From positions 98,077 through 162,076 of the forward strand of contig JAYSUD010000005.1 of the NCBI GenBank assembly GCA_043719295.1: a stretch of DNA of 64,000 bases, given 5' to 3'. Made by a program: the position numbers and the translations under genes. This DNA is from a bacterium (lineage in GTDB: Bacteria > Patescibacteriota > Minisyncoccia > Phycocordibacterales > UBA918). The notes beneath the pieces are model-generated. The model saw only the letters and a program-made list of their open reading frames with translations, was not told the DNA's origin and did no database searches. This document shows positions 39,854 to 49,983 of this stretch, one piece after another (the first letter of the stretch is position 1; each line of letters begins with the position of its first letter).

Positions 39854-40390
39854 TCAGTTACCGCCTTTTGCCCGATGGAAACCCCCGCCACCTCTGGCGC
39901 GATTGCCTTTACCAGAACGGCCACCTTCGTAGCCTCTGATCAAAGCGCCTTCCCCTTTGCCCGGCAATGGCTTCGGCCGATGCACTGACAATATCAAGTC
40001 GCCTGGAATATGTGTGGAATGGATCTTCATCCCGTGAAGCATCGTTTCACCAGAAAAATTCGGGTGAGTATCCTCGACCACAATGGCATCATCAATGTTG
40101 GCAAATGGATCAATCTGATCAAGGTCAAGTTGCCCAGATAGGCCATACTCACCCTCAGACATCCCAAAAATGAATTCAAAGCTGAGAAGTTCGAGCAGTC
40201 CACCCAAATCGTCGATCACAATAATATGTCGGTTCGAGTTAAGACGTTCTGCATTCAAAATGAAAAGATCAGCGTCTTCATCGTCATCGATATGACCTGC
40301 TTCAAGCATGTTGGCACAAGCGCAATCTGGACCTAAGCCCTTGTCACAGTTTGCACGTATTTCGTCAGCTCGCTTTTGTCTCGTCTGCAT
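39854..40390 (-). CDS. hypothetical acidic protein with C-terminal Gly/Arg-rich (RGG-like) tail
   Basis: start at MQTRQKR with an AAGGG RBS; GC-rich codon usage; no recognisable family. Confidence 0.4.
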   Translation of the reverse strand: MQTRQKRADEIRANCDKGLGPDCACANMLEAGHIDDDEDADLFILNAERLNSNRHIIVIDDLGGLLELLSFEFIFGMSEGEYGLSGQLDLDQIDPFANIDDAIVVEDTHPNFSGETMLHGMKIHSTHIPGDLILSVHRPKPLPGKGEGALIRGYEGGRSGKGNRARGGGGFHRAKGGN

Positions 40391-40779
40391 GATACCGCCC
40401 TTTAATGTTTCAGTTTCCGCTTTCGTTGCGGAAAAAAACAATACCATATAAAATGATTTTGTACAGGATTCCTATGTTCGGTCTCTTAAAACCAACATAA
40501 TTTCTATATCTAATGTGGGGTCTCGTAAACCCCACATTAAGATTTTTTGCGGTGCAGTCGTCTTAATATATAAAACAAAGCCCACATAATCGCGGACGAT
40601 TTGCGGGCAGGTGGACTATCAAAATATACTGATAGTGAATTTAATTTTTTGGTTCACATGAACCGAAGAACAAAGTGATAACTGGTTAAGAACAGTTTGG
40701 TCGGGGCGGCAGTGACACGCCGCCCCTTCCTTTCGCTCCGACGCTTTGAGGGGGCGTCATCACACCGGAACGAAATTCA

Positions 40780-41300
40780 TCACGCCGCTTCAGCCAACAA
40801 CAGGTCAAGCTCTTTGGCGAAGATGGGCCAGAGGTTGGTTTTGCCATCGGTTGGTTCGAGCCCAAGGATGGTTTTCATCACATCAGCCATATCTTGCGAC
40901 ATGCACCCGACAGTGTTTATGGTAATCCCGCCCTGTTGCAACAGTTCGCCATCTGCGTCGACCATGATGAACGTATTCGGTTCGCCCAATTGCACATTGC
41001 TGAGCAGGTCGATGTCGAAGTCGGTATCGTCAAGAATCTGCGTGATTTTGACCTTGTCGGAAACCGACAGATCTTCAAAGACGATTTCGGCCTTGACCAG
41101 CATTGCCGGATGGGATTCGGTCTTTGCCATCAGTTCAAATTGGCCTTTGATCTTGGCGCCAGAAAGACTGGTGGTGTGCAAAGGATTATTGATAGCGCTC
41201 ACGAGCATGGGCTGAGCCTTCCCGAACAGGTCGGGCATGCCCATGATCAACGCTGCCATAACTGGTGCCTGCACGAAAATCTGCTTTGGTGTGTTCATTG
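40780..41300 (-). CDS. hypothetical protein (GC-rich island)
   Basis: AAGGA RBS 9 nt before the MNTPKQ start; 173 aa. Confidence 0.4.
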
Positions 41301-41458
41301 GTCGAGTCCTTTTTTTGGGCTTTTGCCCGTGGATTGACTCAAAGAGATTGCCAAAGCAACCTCCCTGAGCCGGAGAAATATAACACACCTTATGTAAAAC
41401 ACAAGGTGTGATTTAGGGTTAGTGAATACGTAAACTCTGAACTTTCGGCCTTTTAAAA

Positions 41459-41818
41459 TCAACCAACTTTTGAAAAATTGAAATCAATTTTTTTTCCACT
41501 CTCTTCATCACTTTGTTCAGGTCGACTTTCTAAATAAAAAATGGGTTTACCCATATTAAAACCTTTGGACACATAAAATTCTCCGTTCCCCATTGGCCCA
41601 GTTATGGAAACTCGAACTTCGCTGCCTGAAGCAGTTTCAATTACTTCAATGGTATGTACTGAAGAGTCACGTTCGTACATATTTCCTTCAGCATATATAC
41701 CTGAAATCTGAACCTGAACGTTTTGTCCTGGAATTTTGAAAACTGATTTTATTCTTTCACAGAATTCTGAAGCTGTTTCTGGCTTTTTTTCTGGAGTTGG
41801 TATTGTGGGCGATTCCAT
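41459..41818 (-). CDS. hypothetical protein
   Basis: 119 aa from MESPTIP; hairpin plus T-rich tract downstream. Confidence 0.35.
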   Translation of the reverse strand: MESPTIPTPEKKPETASEFCERIKSVFKIPGQNVQVQISGIYAEGNMYERDSSVHTIEVIETASGSEVRVSITGPMGNGEFYVSKGFNMGKPIFYLESRPEQSDEESGKKIDFNFSKVG

Positions 41819-42249
41819 ATTCGTACAATAGTGCCACACTAACTCCAAACTTAAAAGCATCCCTAGGGTCACCCTCGAGATTGATTGCACAATCCTAGGA
41901 GTACCCTAGGGATGAAGCTTAACCAATAGGAATTAAAACAACAAAACCGCAGGTTTCGAGTCTTAAAAAAGAAAAGAAAAATGCGGTTAACGAATGGGTG
42001 GAATCAAACTAAATTTTGATTATGTGGTGAGTTCAAAGAACGATTGTTTAAAGTCACTTGGCTAAAACATAAGCCAGAAAAGAACTTGGTCATTGCGTCA
42101 GCAAGCCAATTTGCGGGTCGAGCCCTGTTTCATTCGCCAATCTGGCTACGAAACGACAAATTGTCGTGCTTCTTCAAAAGTAAACCTCTGAAGATATATA
42201 AAGTGTATACCTGTCTTTAAATTCCGCAAGTACCCTATAGGGCGAGGAT

Positions 42250-42633
42250 TTACCTCGCCCTACCTAGACGTACACTTCCTGTGCAAGAACTCTCTGCTTT
42301 TGAGACTGCGAATGTGGCAACAATCGCTTCAATCAAACATGAATCCAACTGTTGACGATTCAAATCTTCAAATACCATTTCATACCAAACAAGATGTACG
42401 GCACTTTCAAGACTCTGTTCACCACCTAAGTACGCTTCAAGCTTGCCACAGACACGGCACGAATGTGCCGATTCAATCATCTTGCTTGACCATATACATA
42501 ATGGCCCGCAAGACTGAGCCTTAATTTCGTTCTGCAGAGCAAGATAACGAGGTCTTCTTGAAAACAATAGCATCTCCTTCCTAAAGAAACATAGGACTTT
42601 CCCTGTCCTCTCAGCACCAGTAGCTTCAGACAC
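42250..42633 (-). CDS. hypothetical Cys-containing protein
   Basis: ORF only; CxxC pair. Confidence 0.2.
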   Translation of the reverse strand: MSEATGAERTGKVLCFFRKEMLLFSRRPRYLALQNEIKAQSCGPLCIWSSKMIESAHSCRVCGKLEAYLGGEQSLESAVHLVWYEMVFEDLNRQQLDSCLIEAIVATFAVSKAESSCTGSVRLGRAR

Positions 42634-42922
42634 AACAGCGTCCTTTTGGTGGACTCTTTAAAGCAGAGAGCATAAATAGGCTTAAGTCTCCACCAACATC
42701 CGCAAGACTAAGGCCAATTGCGGAAGTAATTCCGAGCGGCGGAACCGTCGACGTTTGAGCAGATATCCTATTGTTGCAGACTCTCCCCTTTATCAACCCC
42801 CGTATTGCATCACCAGTTGGACAAGTTCTATCTCCCTTCATGACCTACCTCCCTTTCTAATGTGGTCAAAAGCAACTGTACACAAAAGCGGAGCTTCGTG
42901 CAATTTGTTACTATTAACACCT

Positions 42923-45115
42923 ATGCAACCCCAAGACGAACTTACTAAACACTTCCGTATTGATGCGCCACACATTAAGGCACTAAAGAAACTTGGTGTA
43001 GCTTCCGTCAGTGACTTGCTCCACCACTTACCTGCGCGATATGAAGACGTAAGCGATATCCAGTCGGTAGGTGGACTTCAAAAAGATCAAGAAGCAATTG
43101 TGTTTGGGCAACTGTCGGGACTGAAGCTCCGTAAAGCGTGGAAAAGTAAACGGCCGATTGCTGAGGGGTACATTGAAGATGGGTCGGCTAAAATTAAAAT
43201 CATGTGGTTTAACCAGCCATACTTAGCAAAGATGTATAGCGACGGCATGTATGTAAAGATTGTAGGGAAAGTTACCGGAAGTGAAGGAAAACTGTACATC
43301 GCAAACCCCGAAGTTGAAAAACTTGATTCACTTCCGGTTGATCGTCATGATTCAATTTTTCGTAATACTGAAAACCTCGACGACACAATTTATCCCGTTT
43401 ATCGAGAGAGTAAGGGAGTAACGAGCAAGTGGTTTTACCATACGGTTTTGAAGTGTTTTGAAAAAGGAATTCTTGAAACTCTTGAAGATCCTATTCCAAG
43501 CGAAATTCTCAAACGCTATAACCTCCCCGATTTAAAAACAGCACTTGTGTGGATTCACTCACCAAAAAAAGCTGATCATGCACAAAGCGCACGAAAGCGT
43601 TTTGCATTTGAAGAAGTTTTTTATATTCAAATTCAAAACGCAGAATCTCGTAAAGAAGCCAACGCCGCAACAACCTACCAATTCAAAACAGACAAGGCGC
43701 ATCTTAACGCATTTACTGAACGGTTCCCCTTTGAGTTAACAAAAGCTCAAAAGACTTCTATTGATACCATCTTAGAAAACTTCAACGGCAACTACGCAAT
43801 GTCCCGATTGCTTGAGGGGGATGTGGGAAGCGGGAAAACAGCAGTTGCAGCAACAACCGCGTATGCCGTTGCAACGTCTCGCCCACCTGAGGGTACTAAA
43901 GCAATTGAGAAAGGAACGCAGGTTGCCTTCGGCAACTTACAAGTAGCCTACATGGCACCAACGGAGATTTTGGCAAAACAACACTTTGAAAGTTTTATTG
44001 AATACTTCAAACATCTCCCTATTTCAATTGGCCTTATCACCGGAAGTGGTTGTCAAAAGTTTCCGAGCAAAAGTGATCCAAGTAAACCAACTAACATAAG
44101 TAAGGCACAGCTGTTGAAGTGGGTTAAAAACGGCGAGATACCAATTTTGATTGGAACGCATGCTCTCATCTATAAGAGTGTTGAATTTAAACATTTAGCA
44201 TACGTGATTATTGACGAGCAGCATCGATTTGGAACCAACCAGCGTAAGGCCCTCGCAAAGAAAGATGCGCGGATGCCCCACCTCTTATCGATGACTGCAA
44301 CCCCAATTCCCCGTACACTTGCCTTAACCATTTACGGCGACCTCGACATTACGCTTCTTGATGAAATGCCAAAAGGACGCAAGCCAGTGATTACAAAAAT
44401 CATCGGGCCCGGTCAAGAAAAACCAATGTATGAGCACGTCAGAGAAGAACTTAAAAATGGCCGACAAGCCTACGTCATTTGTCCCCGCATTGATGAACCA
44501 GACCCGGAAAAAGAAAATGCATTTAACTTAAAGAGTGTCAAAGCAGAAGCATTACGATTGCAGAAAGATGTGTTTCAGGAGTACGTTATCGGAGTGATGC
44601 ATGGGAAAATGACGCCAAGTGAGAAAGATAAAGTGATGGCAGAATTTTACGCACACAAAATTGACGTGCTTGTTGCAACATCAGTAGTTGAAGTTGGAGT
44701 GAATGTACCAAACGCAACCAACATTATCATAGAAGGAGCAGAACGTTTTGGACTTTCACAACTCCATCAACTCCGAGGACGAGTAATCCGTGGGACACAC
44801 CAACCATACTGCTTTGCGGTAAGCGAAAGTAAAAGTGAGAAAACTAAAGAACGTCTGAAGGCCCTCACTACCGCAAAAAATGGATTTGAACTTGCCGAAT
44901 ACGACCTTACCTTTAGAGGTGGAGGTGAACTCTATGGAGCAAAACAGTCAGGGCTTTCTGATTTAGGTATGGAAGCAATCAAAAATTTAAAACTTGTTGA
45001 AGCGGCACGAACTGAATCGTACAAACTTGTTGATGACAATAAAAACCTTTCAGAAACTCATCCTCAGATTGCGAAGCGTGTTCTTCTCTTGGGAGAAAGA
45101 CTGCACATGGAGTAG
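42923..45115 (+). CDS. recG: ATP-dependent DNA helicase RecG
   Basis: wedge domain plus SF2 helicase motifs (GDVGSGKT, DEQHRFG); start set at MQPQDEL to match the RecG N-terminus (LLHHLPARYED). Confidence 0.85.
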   Translation: MQPQDELTKHFRIDAPHIKALKKLGVASVSDLLHHLPARYEDVSDIQSVGGLQKDQEAIVFGQLSGLKLRKAWKSKRPIAEGYIEDGSAKIKIMWFNQPYLAKMYSDGMYVKIVGKVTGSEGKLYIANPEVEKLDSLPVDRHDSIFRNTENLDDTIYPVYRESKGVTSKWFYHTVLKCFEKGILETLEDPIPSEILKRYNLPDLKTALVWIHSPKKADHAQSARKRFAFEEVFYIQIQNAESRKEANAATTYQFKTDKAHLNAFTERFPFELTKAQKTSIDTILENFNGNYAMSRLLEGDVGSGKTAVAATTAYAVATSRPPEGTKAIEKGTQVAFGNLQVAYMAPTEILAKQHFESFIEYFKHLPISIGLITGSGCQKFPSKSDPSKPTNISKAQLLKWVKNGEIPILIGTHALIYKSVEFKHLAYVIIDEQHRFGTNQRKALAKKDARMPHLLSMTATPIPRTLALTIYGDLDITLLDEMPKGRKPVITKIIGPGQEKPMYEHVREELKNGRQAYVICPRIDEPDPEKENAFNLKSVKAEALRLQKDVFQEYVIGVMHGKMTPSEKDKVMAEFYAHKIDVLVATSVVEVGVNVPNATNIIIEGAERFGLSQLHQLRGRVIRGTHQPYCFAVSESKSEKTKERLKALTTAKNGFELAEYDLTFRGGGELYGAKQSGLSDLGMEAIKNLKLVEAARTESYKLVDDNKNLSETHPQIAKRVLLLGERLHME

Positions 45116-45167
45116 GAAAACAAACATAATTCGACGGTATATTAAAACACGCGTATACTTGCACTCT

Positions 45168-45797
45168 ATGACTACAAAAGAATCACTGGCGTGGAGATAC
45201 GCAACACAACAATTTGATCTAACTAAGACAATCCCTGAAGATGACTTAACGTACATTCTTGAAGCAGGCAATTTGAGCGCAACCGCATATGGACTCCAAC
45301 CATTTTTATTTGTGGTTGTAACCGATCAAGCAAAAAAAGATGCACTTATCCCTGCTGCATACAATCAAGAACATGCGGGTAAAAATAGTGCACTTATTGT
45401 GCTTGCAGTACGTACTGATGTTGATGAGGCATACATAACTGAATACTCAACACGTATTGAAACTATTCGAGGTTTACCCGAAGGAACAGTAGACGGATTC
45501 AAACAAGCAATGATGAATGATCTACCTAACCGAACGCCAGAAGCACGACTCACCTGGTCACAAAAGCAGGCATACATTGCACTTGGTACACTGATGGTAG
45601 CAGCTTCAGAAAGAGGGGTTGATAATCATGCGATGGAAGGATTTAACCCCACTTCCTTTAATGAGATTTTAGGACTGGATGCACTCAATCTTCATGCAAC
45701 CGTCATCCTTGCTCTCGGCTACCGATCAAGTGAAGACCAAACACAACACTATGCAAAAGTACGTAAACAACTTGATGACATTGTAGTACGAATGTAA
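45168..45797 (+). CDS. nitroreductase-family oxidoreductase
   Basis: nitroreductase-fold pattern; start at MTTKESLAWRY. Confidence 0.7.
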   Translation: MTTKESLAWRYATQQFDLTKTIPEDDLTYILEAGNLSATAYGLQPFLFVVVTDQAKKDALIPAAYNQEHAGKNSALIVLAVRTDVDEAYITEYSTRIETIRGLPEGTVDGFKQAMMNDLPNRTPEARLTWSQKQAYIALGTLMVAASERGVDNHAMEGFNPTSFNEILGLDALNLHATVILALGYRSSEDQTQHYAKVRKQLDDIVVRM

Positions 45798-45889
45798 CCC
45801 CCACAACTAAGTTAGTTTGCATACTCAGAAAACCGGCTTCATGTCGGTTTTTCTTTATCTTAAAACTTGCTACAGTTACTCTATACTCT

Positions 45890-46615
45890 ATGTTTGATTT
45901 CCTTATTCGGGCACTTACCCACCCTCATGACTACATCACGATGTTTAATAAACACGTTATTACTCTTACACAAATTATTCAAGAGTCTCCAACTATCTAT
46001 TCTTTTATTTTTACTCACAAAAAACCTCTTTCATGGAAAGCAGGACAACATGCAATCTTCTATTTCCCCCATACAAAAATTGCCGGTAAGGTATGGCGAC
46101 CTTTTTCAATTGCATCATCGTCACATGAAGGCGTTATCCGTATAAGTACCATAATCACAAATACACCAAGTGATTTTAAGAGACAGTTACTATTGCTCAC
46201 CCTTGGTGACACACTCATGATGAATGGTCCATTTGGAGAATTCCATATTTCAAATGAAATACATCAGATTGTCGGAGTTGCAGGAGGAATCGGTATCACC
46301 CCTTTTCGGGCGATACTCACGGATATCTCACTTGGAATTATTACTGATACAAAAATTGCCCTTATTTATTCAGCAGTTGATACGTATACCTACAAACAAG
46401 AAATCGATATGCTCGCGCAACACCCATCAATTGAAGTCATCTATACGAAGACACCAGAAGAAGTAAACAAGGCTCTTGATGCACAGGTGGCACTCCACCA
46501 AAATAGTGCAGAGTACTTCATCTCAGGGTCACCTCGGATGATTGGTGCAATTAAAAAGTCACTTAAAGAAAAGGGGGTGAAGAAAATCGTAAACGACCCA
46601 TTTAAGGGATACTAA
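45890..46615 (+). CDS. ferredoxin-NADP reductase-like FAD/NAD(P)-binding oxidoreductase
   Basis: RPFSIAS (RxYS FAD motif) and GGIGITP NAD(P) motif. Confidence 0.7.
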   Translation: MFDFLIRALTHPHDYITMFNKHVITLTQIIQESPTIYSFIFTHKKPLSWKAGQHAIFYFPHTKIAGKVWRPFSIASSSHEGVIRISTIITNTPSDFKRQLLLLTLGDTLMMNGPFGEFHISNEIHQIVGVAGGIGITPFRAILTDISLGIITDTKIALIYSAVDTYTYKQEIDMLAQHPSIEVIYTKTPEEVNKALDAQVALHQNSAEYFISGSPRMIGAIKKSLKEKGVKKIVNDPFKGY

Positions 46616-46688
46616 TTGCAACACAAACCACTTTTCTTTCAATTGAGCAGAATCAACTTTTACGGTATAGTTTGTACCGACCAACCAT

Positions 46689-46762
46689 CCGCCCTTAGCT
46701 CAGTTGGTTAGAGCATGGAGCTTATACCTCCAGGGTCCCACGTTCGAGTCGTGGAGGGCGGA
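46689..46762 (+). tRNA. tRNA-Ile(UAU)
   Basis: acceptor CCGCCCT/AGGGCGG, D-arm GCTC-AGTTGGTTA-GAGC, anticodon stem TGGAG/CTCCA loop CTTATAC, T-arm CCACG-TTCGAGT-CGTGG, discriminator A. Confidence 0.7.
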
Positions 46763-46911
46763 CAAAAATTGAATTCATATACAAAAATGGTCATTGGTTC
46801 GCACCACAAGAGTATTTCCGTTTTCTAATTCCTTTCAGTCATAAAAAAACTAGGTCAGTCCAAGAGGTCAGACACAGTATATCTCTTTTATATTTTGAAA
46901 AAAATCCTAGT

Positions 46912-47569
46912 CTAGGAATAGATACTTCGTAAGTATCGGATGCCTTCTATCACATATTCGTACATATCTCTATCGTGATATGAAACAACGCACGTACCGT
47001 AATTAAACATTCCTTTGTACGTCCTTGCTTCCGCAGAAGTATTTTTTACATACGTTTTATTAAAGTTTTGCATTGGTATACTTAGATGCTTACACCAAAA
47101 TTCTTTAAGCTCATCTTCATTTTGATTAGTATACGTATGTAGTTTAACTTTAAGTTCGTCCCTTAAGACACCCATATTTTCAAGCCACATGACAAAACAT
47201 TTTACAACAGCAGGATCTGAGTTAGTTAATGACGTCGTATATTCGGCTGATTTTGTACCTTCATCCCAATAAAGGTAAAAGCCTGCAATAAATTCAAGAT
47301 TTCTACTACAGGAAATGTCATGTGATACTTTTTTAAATACAACACTCCTCCTATCATCTTTTTTCTTCTGCATAGTCATTCGATATTTCTCAATTCGAAT
47401 CTCAGAATTCGCTCGTAATTCATTAATACGCTTTTTTTGAAAGTGGCATGTCACTTAACCATCCGCTAAGGGTACTTTTACTGATTCCTATTTCGGTTTT
47501 TATTTGAGAATAGCTCATCCCTTTCTTTCTTAAGGTAATTGCTTTTAGTTTATTTTTCGAACGTACCAT
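46912..47569 (-). pseudogene. frameshifted paralog of the HTH + degenerate LAGLIDADG-like protein
   Basis: HTH part (47423-47569) and LYWDEG C-terminal part (46912-47454) overlap by 32 nt in different frames; collinear with the intact 3601-4272 gene. Confidence 0.5.
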
Positions 47570-47728
47570 ACATATTATATAATTTACATTCCTTAGTTCG
47601 ATTATATCACACACCAAAACCTCACAACGACATATTATGAACATTGCCATTTCCCTGTTTTCCGTTAGACTACGCAACAGACTATCCGCCTAATTACTCA
47701 CACAGAGAAAACACAAGGAGAGTACACT

Positions 47729-48610
47729 ATGCCGAAAGAGATCTTTGACGTGGGCATCGCCGCTGGCATGCTCAAAAAAGCGAGCGACTTCAACAGGCGT
47801 GCACTTTCGAGTATCGCTTCAACAGCACTCGGCTCATTTACGCTTCTTTCGAGACAAGGAAACCCTGAGCCGAATTCGTACTGGGATGCAGCATCCAAAA
47901 CCGGGTTCAATGCCATTGGACTCAGGAACCAAAGCCTTACTACATTCTTCGAGGAAGATGCCCCTTTGCTTCGCAAACTCTTTGCGGAAACAGGCGCACA
48001 GGCCGACATCAGCCTCGCGCCAACCGAAAGTGGCGAACTGAAGAGAATGTGCCAAGTGCTTCGACAGCAACCAAGAATTCTCCCTATTCGCTTGGTTGAA
48101 GTGAACGCGGCATGCCCAAATCATCGTAAGGGCGAAAACCTGCAACCAATTCTCGCGTACGACCCTGTCGCGCTTGATGCACTTTTGATGGAGGCGAAGG
48201 ATTGCCCCTTCTCGATTTCACTCAAGATTGCTCCGGATACCAACGAGGCGACGCTCTTTGAAATCGTGCAACTTTGTGTCAAGTACGGTGTGTCCGAAAT
48301 TGTCTCGGGAAACACCCGTCGCACTGAGGCAGTCTGGAACGGGAAGTCTGTTCTCTCTGTTCCTTATGGAGGACTGTCAGGAGCACCTTTGTTTGACAAC
48401 GCGGTCGAACAGGTTGCAACCCTCAAGGCGATGATTGAGGCACAGAGAAGTCTTATCAAGGTTCGTGGAATCGGTGGAATCTTCACACCCGAAGATATCG
48501 CAATCATGCGCAATGCGGGTGCAGATAGTGTAAGCGTCGCATCACTGTTCTACTTCGGTGGCGGGTGGGACGCAGTTGCCGATCTTTCTACAAGCTTCAA
48601 TCTACGCTGA
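47729..48610 (+). CDS. pyrD: dihydroorotate dehydrogenase-family protein (class 1-like)
   Basis: EVNAACPN active-site motif and TIM-barrel flavin-binding pattern; GC-elevated. Confidence 0.7.
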   Translation: MPKEIFDVGIAAGMLKKASDFNRRALSSIASTALGSFTLLSRQGNPEPNSYWDAASKTGFNAIGLRNQSLTTFFEEDAPLLRKLFAETGAQADISLAPTESGELKRMCQVLRQQPRILPIRLVEVNAACPNHRKGENLQPILAYDPVALDALLMEAKDCPFSISLKIAPDTNEATLFEIVQLCVKYGVSEIVSGNTRRTEAVWNGKSVLSVPYGGLSGAPLFDNAVEQVATLKAMIEAQRSLIKVRGIGGIFTPEDIAIMRNAGADSVSVASLFYFGGGWDAVADLSTSFNLR

Positions 48611-48777
48611 AGCAAAACACATGTTCACGGTGGGCGTTTAGGCGCCCACCTGTACAACACTGCTCTTCACCCACACTTTCCCTACAGCTTCCCTGTTAGG
48701 GAATTTTTTGTTATGGTACAGGCGGACGTTTTTTTGACACGACCCTGTTTCGCATCAACAACTAGAGAGGACAAACA

Positions 48778-49827
48778 ATGACGCAAAGTCTCACAATACG
48801 CAGACCTGACGATCTCCATCTCCATCTTCGTGACAAAGAGATGCTTGAAAGAATTCTTCCTGAGAGTGCTCGTCACTTTAGGCGAGCACTTATCATGCCG
48901 AACCTCGTACCTCCTGTTGTGACAGAGGCAGAGGCAGTTGCCTATCATCAACGAATTTTGGCAGCATTGCCAAAAGGAGCAGAATTCACTCCTTTGATGA
49001 CGGTGTATTTGACTGAACACACTAACGCAAACGACGTTGCTCGTGCCTATGCAAATGGCAACATACGTGCGGTGAAGCTTTATCCAGCCGGTGCCACCAC
49101 AAACAGCCATGGCGGAGTTGGCAACTTCGACAACGTCCAAGGTGTCTTGGAAAAAATGAATGAAGTTGGCATCCCACTTTGTGTTCATGGCGAGGTTACT
49201 GATCCAGCGGTTGATATCTTTGATCGTGAGGCAGTTTTCATCGACAAGGTGCTTGAACCTTTGCGACAGAGAAATCTTGGACTTAAAGTCGTAATGGAGC
49301 ATATCACGACTGAAGACGCTGTGGATTATGTGAAAGATAATGACGGCGACAATCTTGCTGCCACCCTTACCACCCATCATCTCATCATCAATCGGAACCA
49401 CTTGCTAGTTGGAGGAATTAAACCCCACTACTACTGCTTGCCAATTGCAAAACGTGAAAAGCACCGCCTTGCACTTGTGAAGGCAGCGACATCAGGCGAT
49501 CCAAGATACTTTCTTGGGACAGACAGTGCACCGCATTTCGACAGTCTCAAGGAACACGCATGTGGATGTGCCGGTTGCTTCACTGCAACCAATTCCATCT
49601 CAATTCTTGCACATGTGTTCGAGAAGGAAAATGCACTACTGAAGCTAGAGGACTATACCTCACGTTTCGGTGCCGAATTCTACGGACTTCCACTGAATGA
49701 GGGGACTTTGACCCTGATGAAGGAAGAGGCTCAGGTCATCTATCCAAGCAAGATTCTGATTGCTGGTGGCGAATCGGTGACGGTCTTTGATCCAGGATTT
49801 CCAATCCATTGGCGTGTTGAGGCATAA
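48778..49827 (+). CDS. pyrC: dihydroorotase (class II, E. coli-type)
   Basis: [12 protein letters not shown]-terminal metal-binding motif; 349 aa. Confidence 0.85.
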   Translation: MTQSLTIRRPDDLHLHLRDKEMLERILPESARHFRRALIMPNLVPPVVTEAEAVAYHQRILAALPKGAEFTPLMTVYLTEHTNANDVARAYANGNIRAVKLYPAGATTNSHGGVGNFDNVQGVLEKMNEVGIPLCVHGEVTDPAVDIFDREAVFIDKVLEPLRQRNLGLKVVMEHITTEDAVDYVKDNDGDNLAATLTTHHLIINRNHLLVGGIKPHYYCLPIAKREKHRLALVKAATSGDPRYFLGTDSAPHFDSLKEHACGCAGCFTATNSISILAHVFEKENALLKLEDYTSRFGAEFYGLPLNEGTLTLMKEEAQVIYPSKILIAGGESVTVFDPGFPIHWRVEA

Positions 49828-49869
49828 TACTGGAATATTTTGCACTTGCAGAATATTTCAAAACGCGGG

Positions 49870-49903
49870 CTGTGAAAATTGGCCCGCGTTTTTCTATGTC
49901 TGC
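49870..49903. terminator. rho-independent terminator after pyrC (ACGCGGGC...GCCCGCGT + T-run)
   Basis: 8-bp GC stem, then TTTTT. Confidence 0.6.
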
Positions 49904-49983
49904 GTTATTTAATATTGTTTTTACCCACACACAAAAAAGCGGCCAAAGGCCGCTTTTAATTTTTGGAATGTACTACCTACTAG

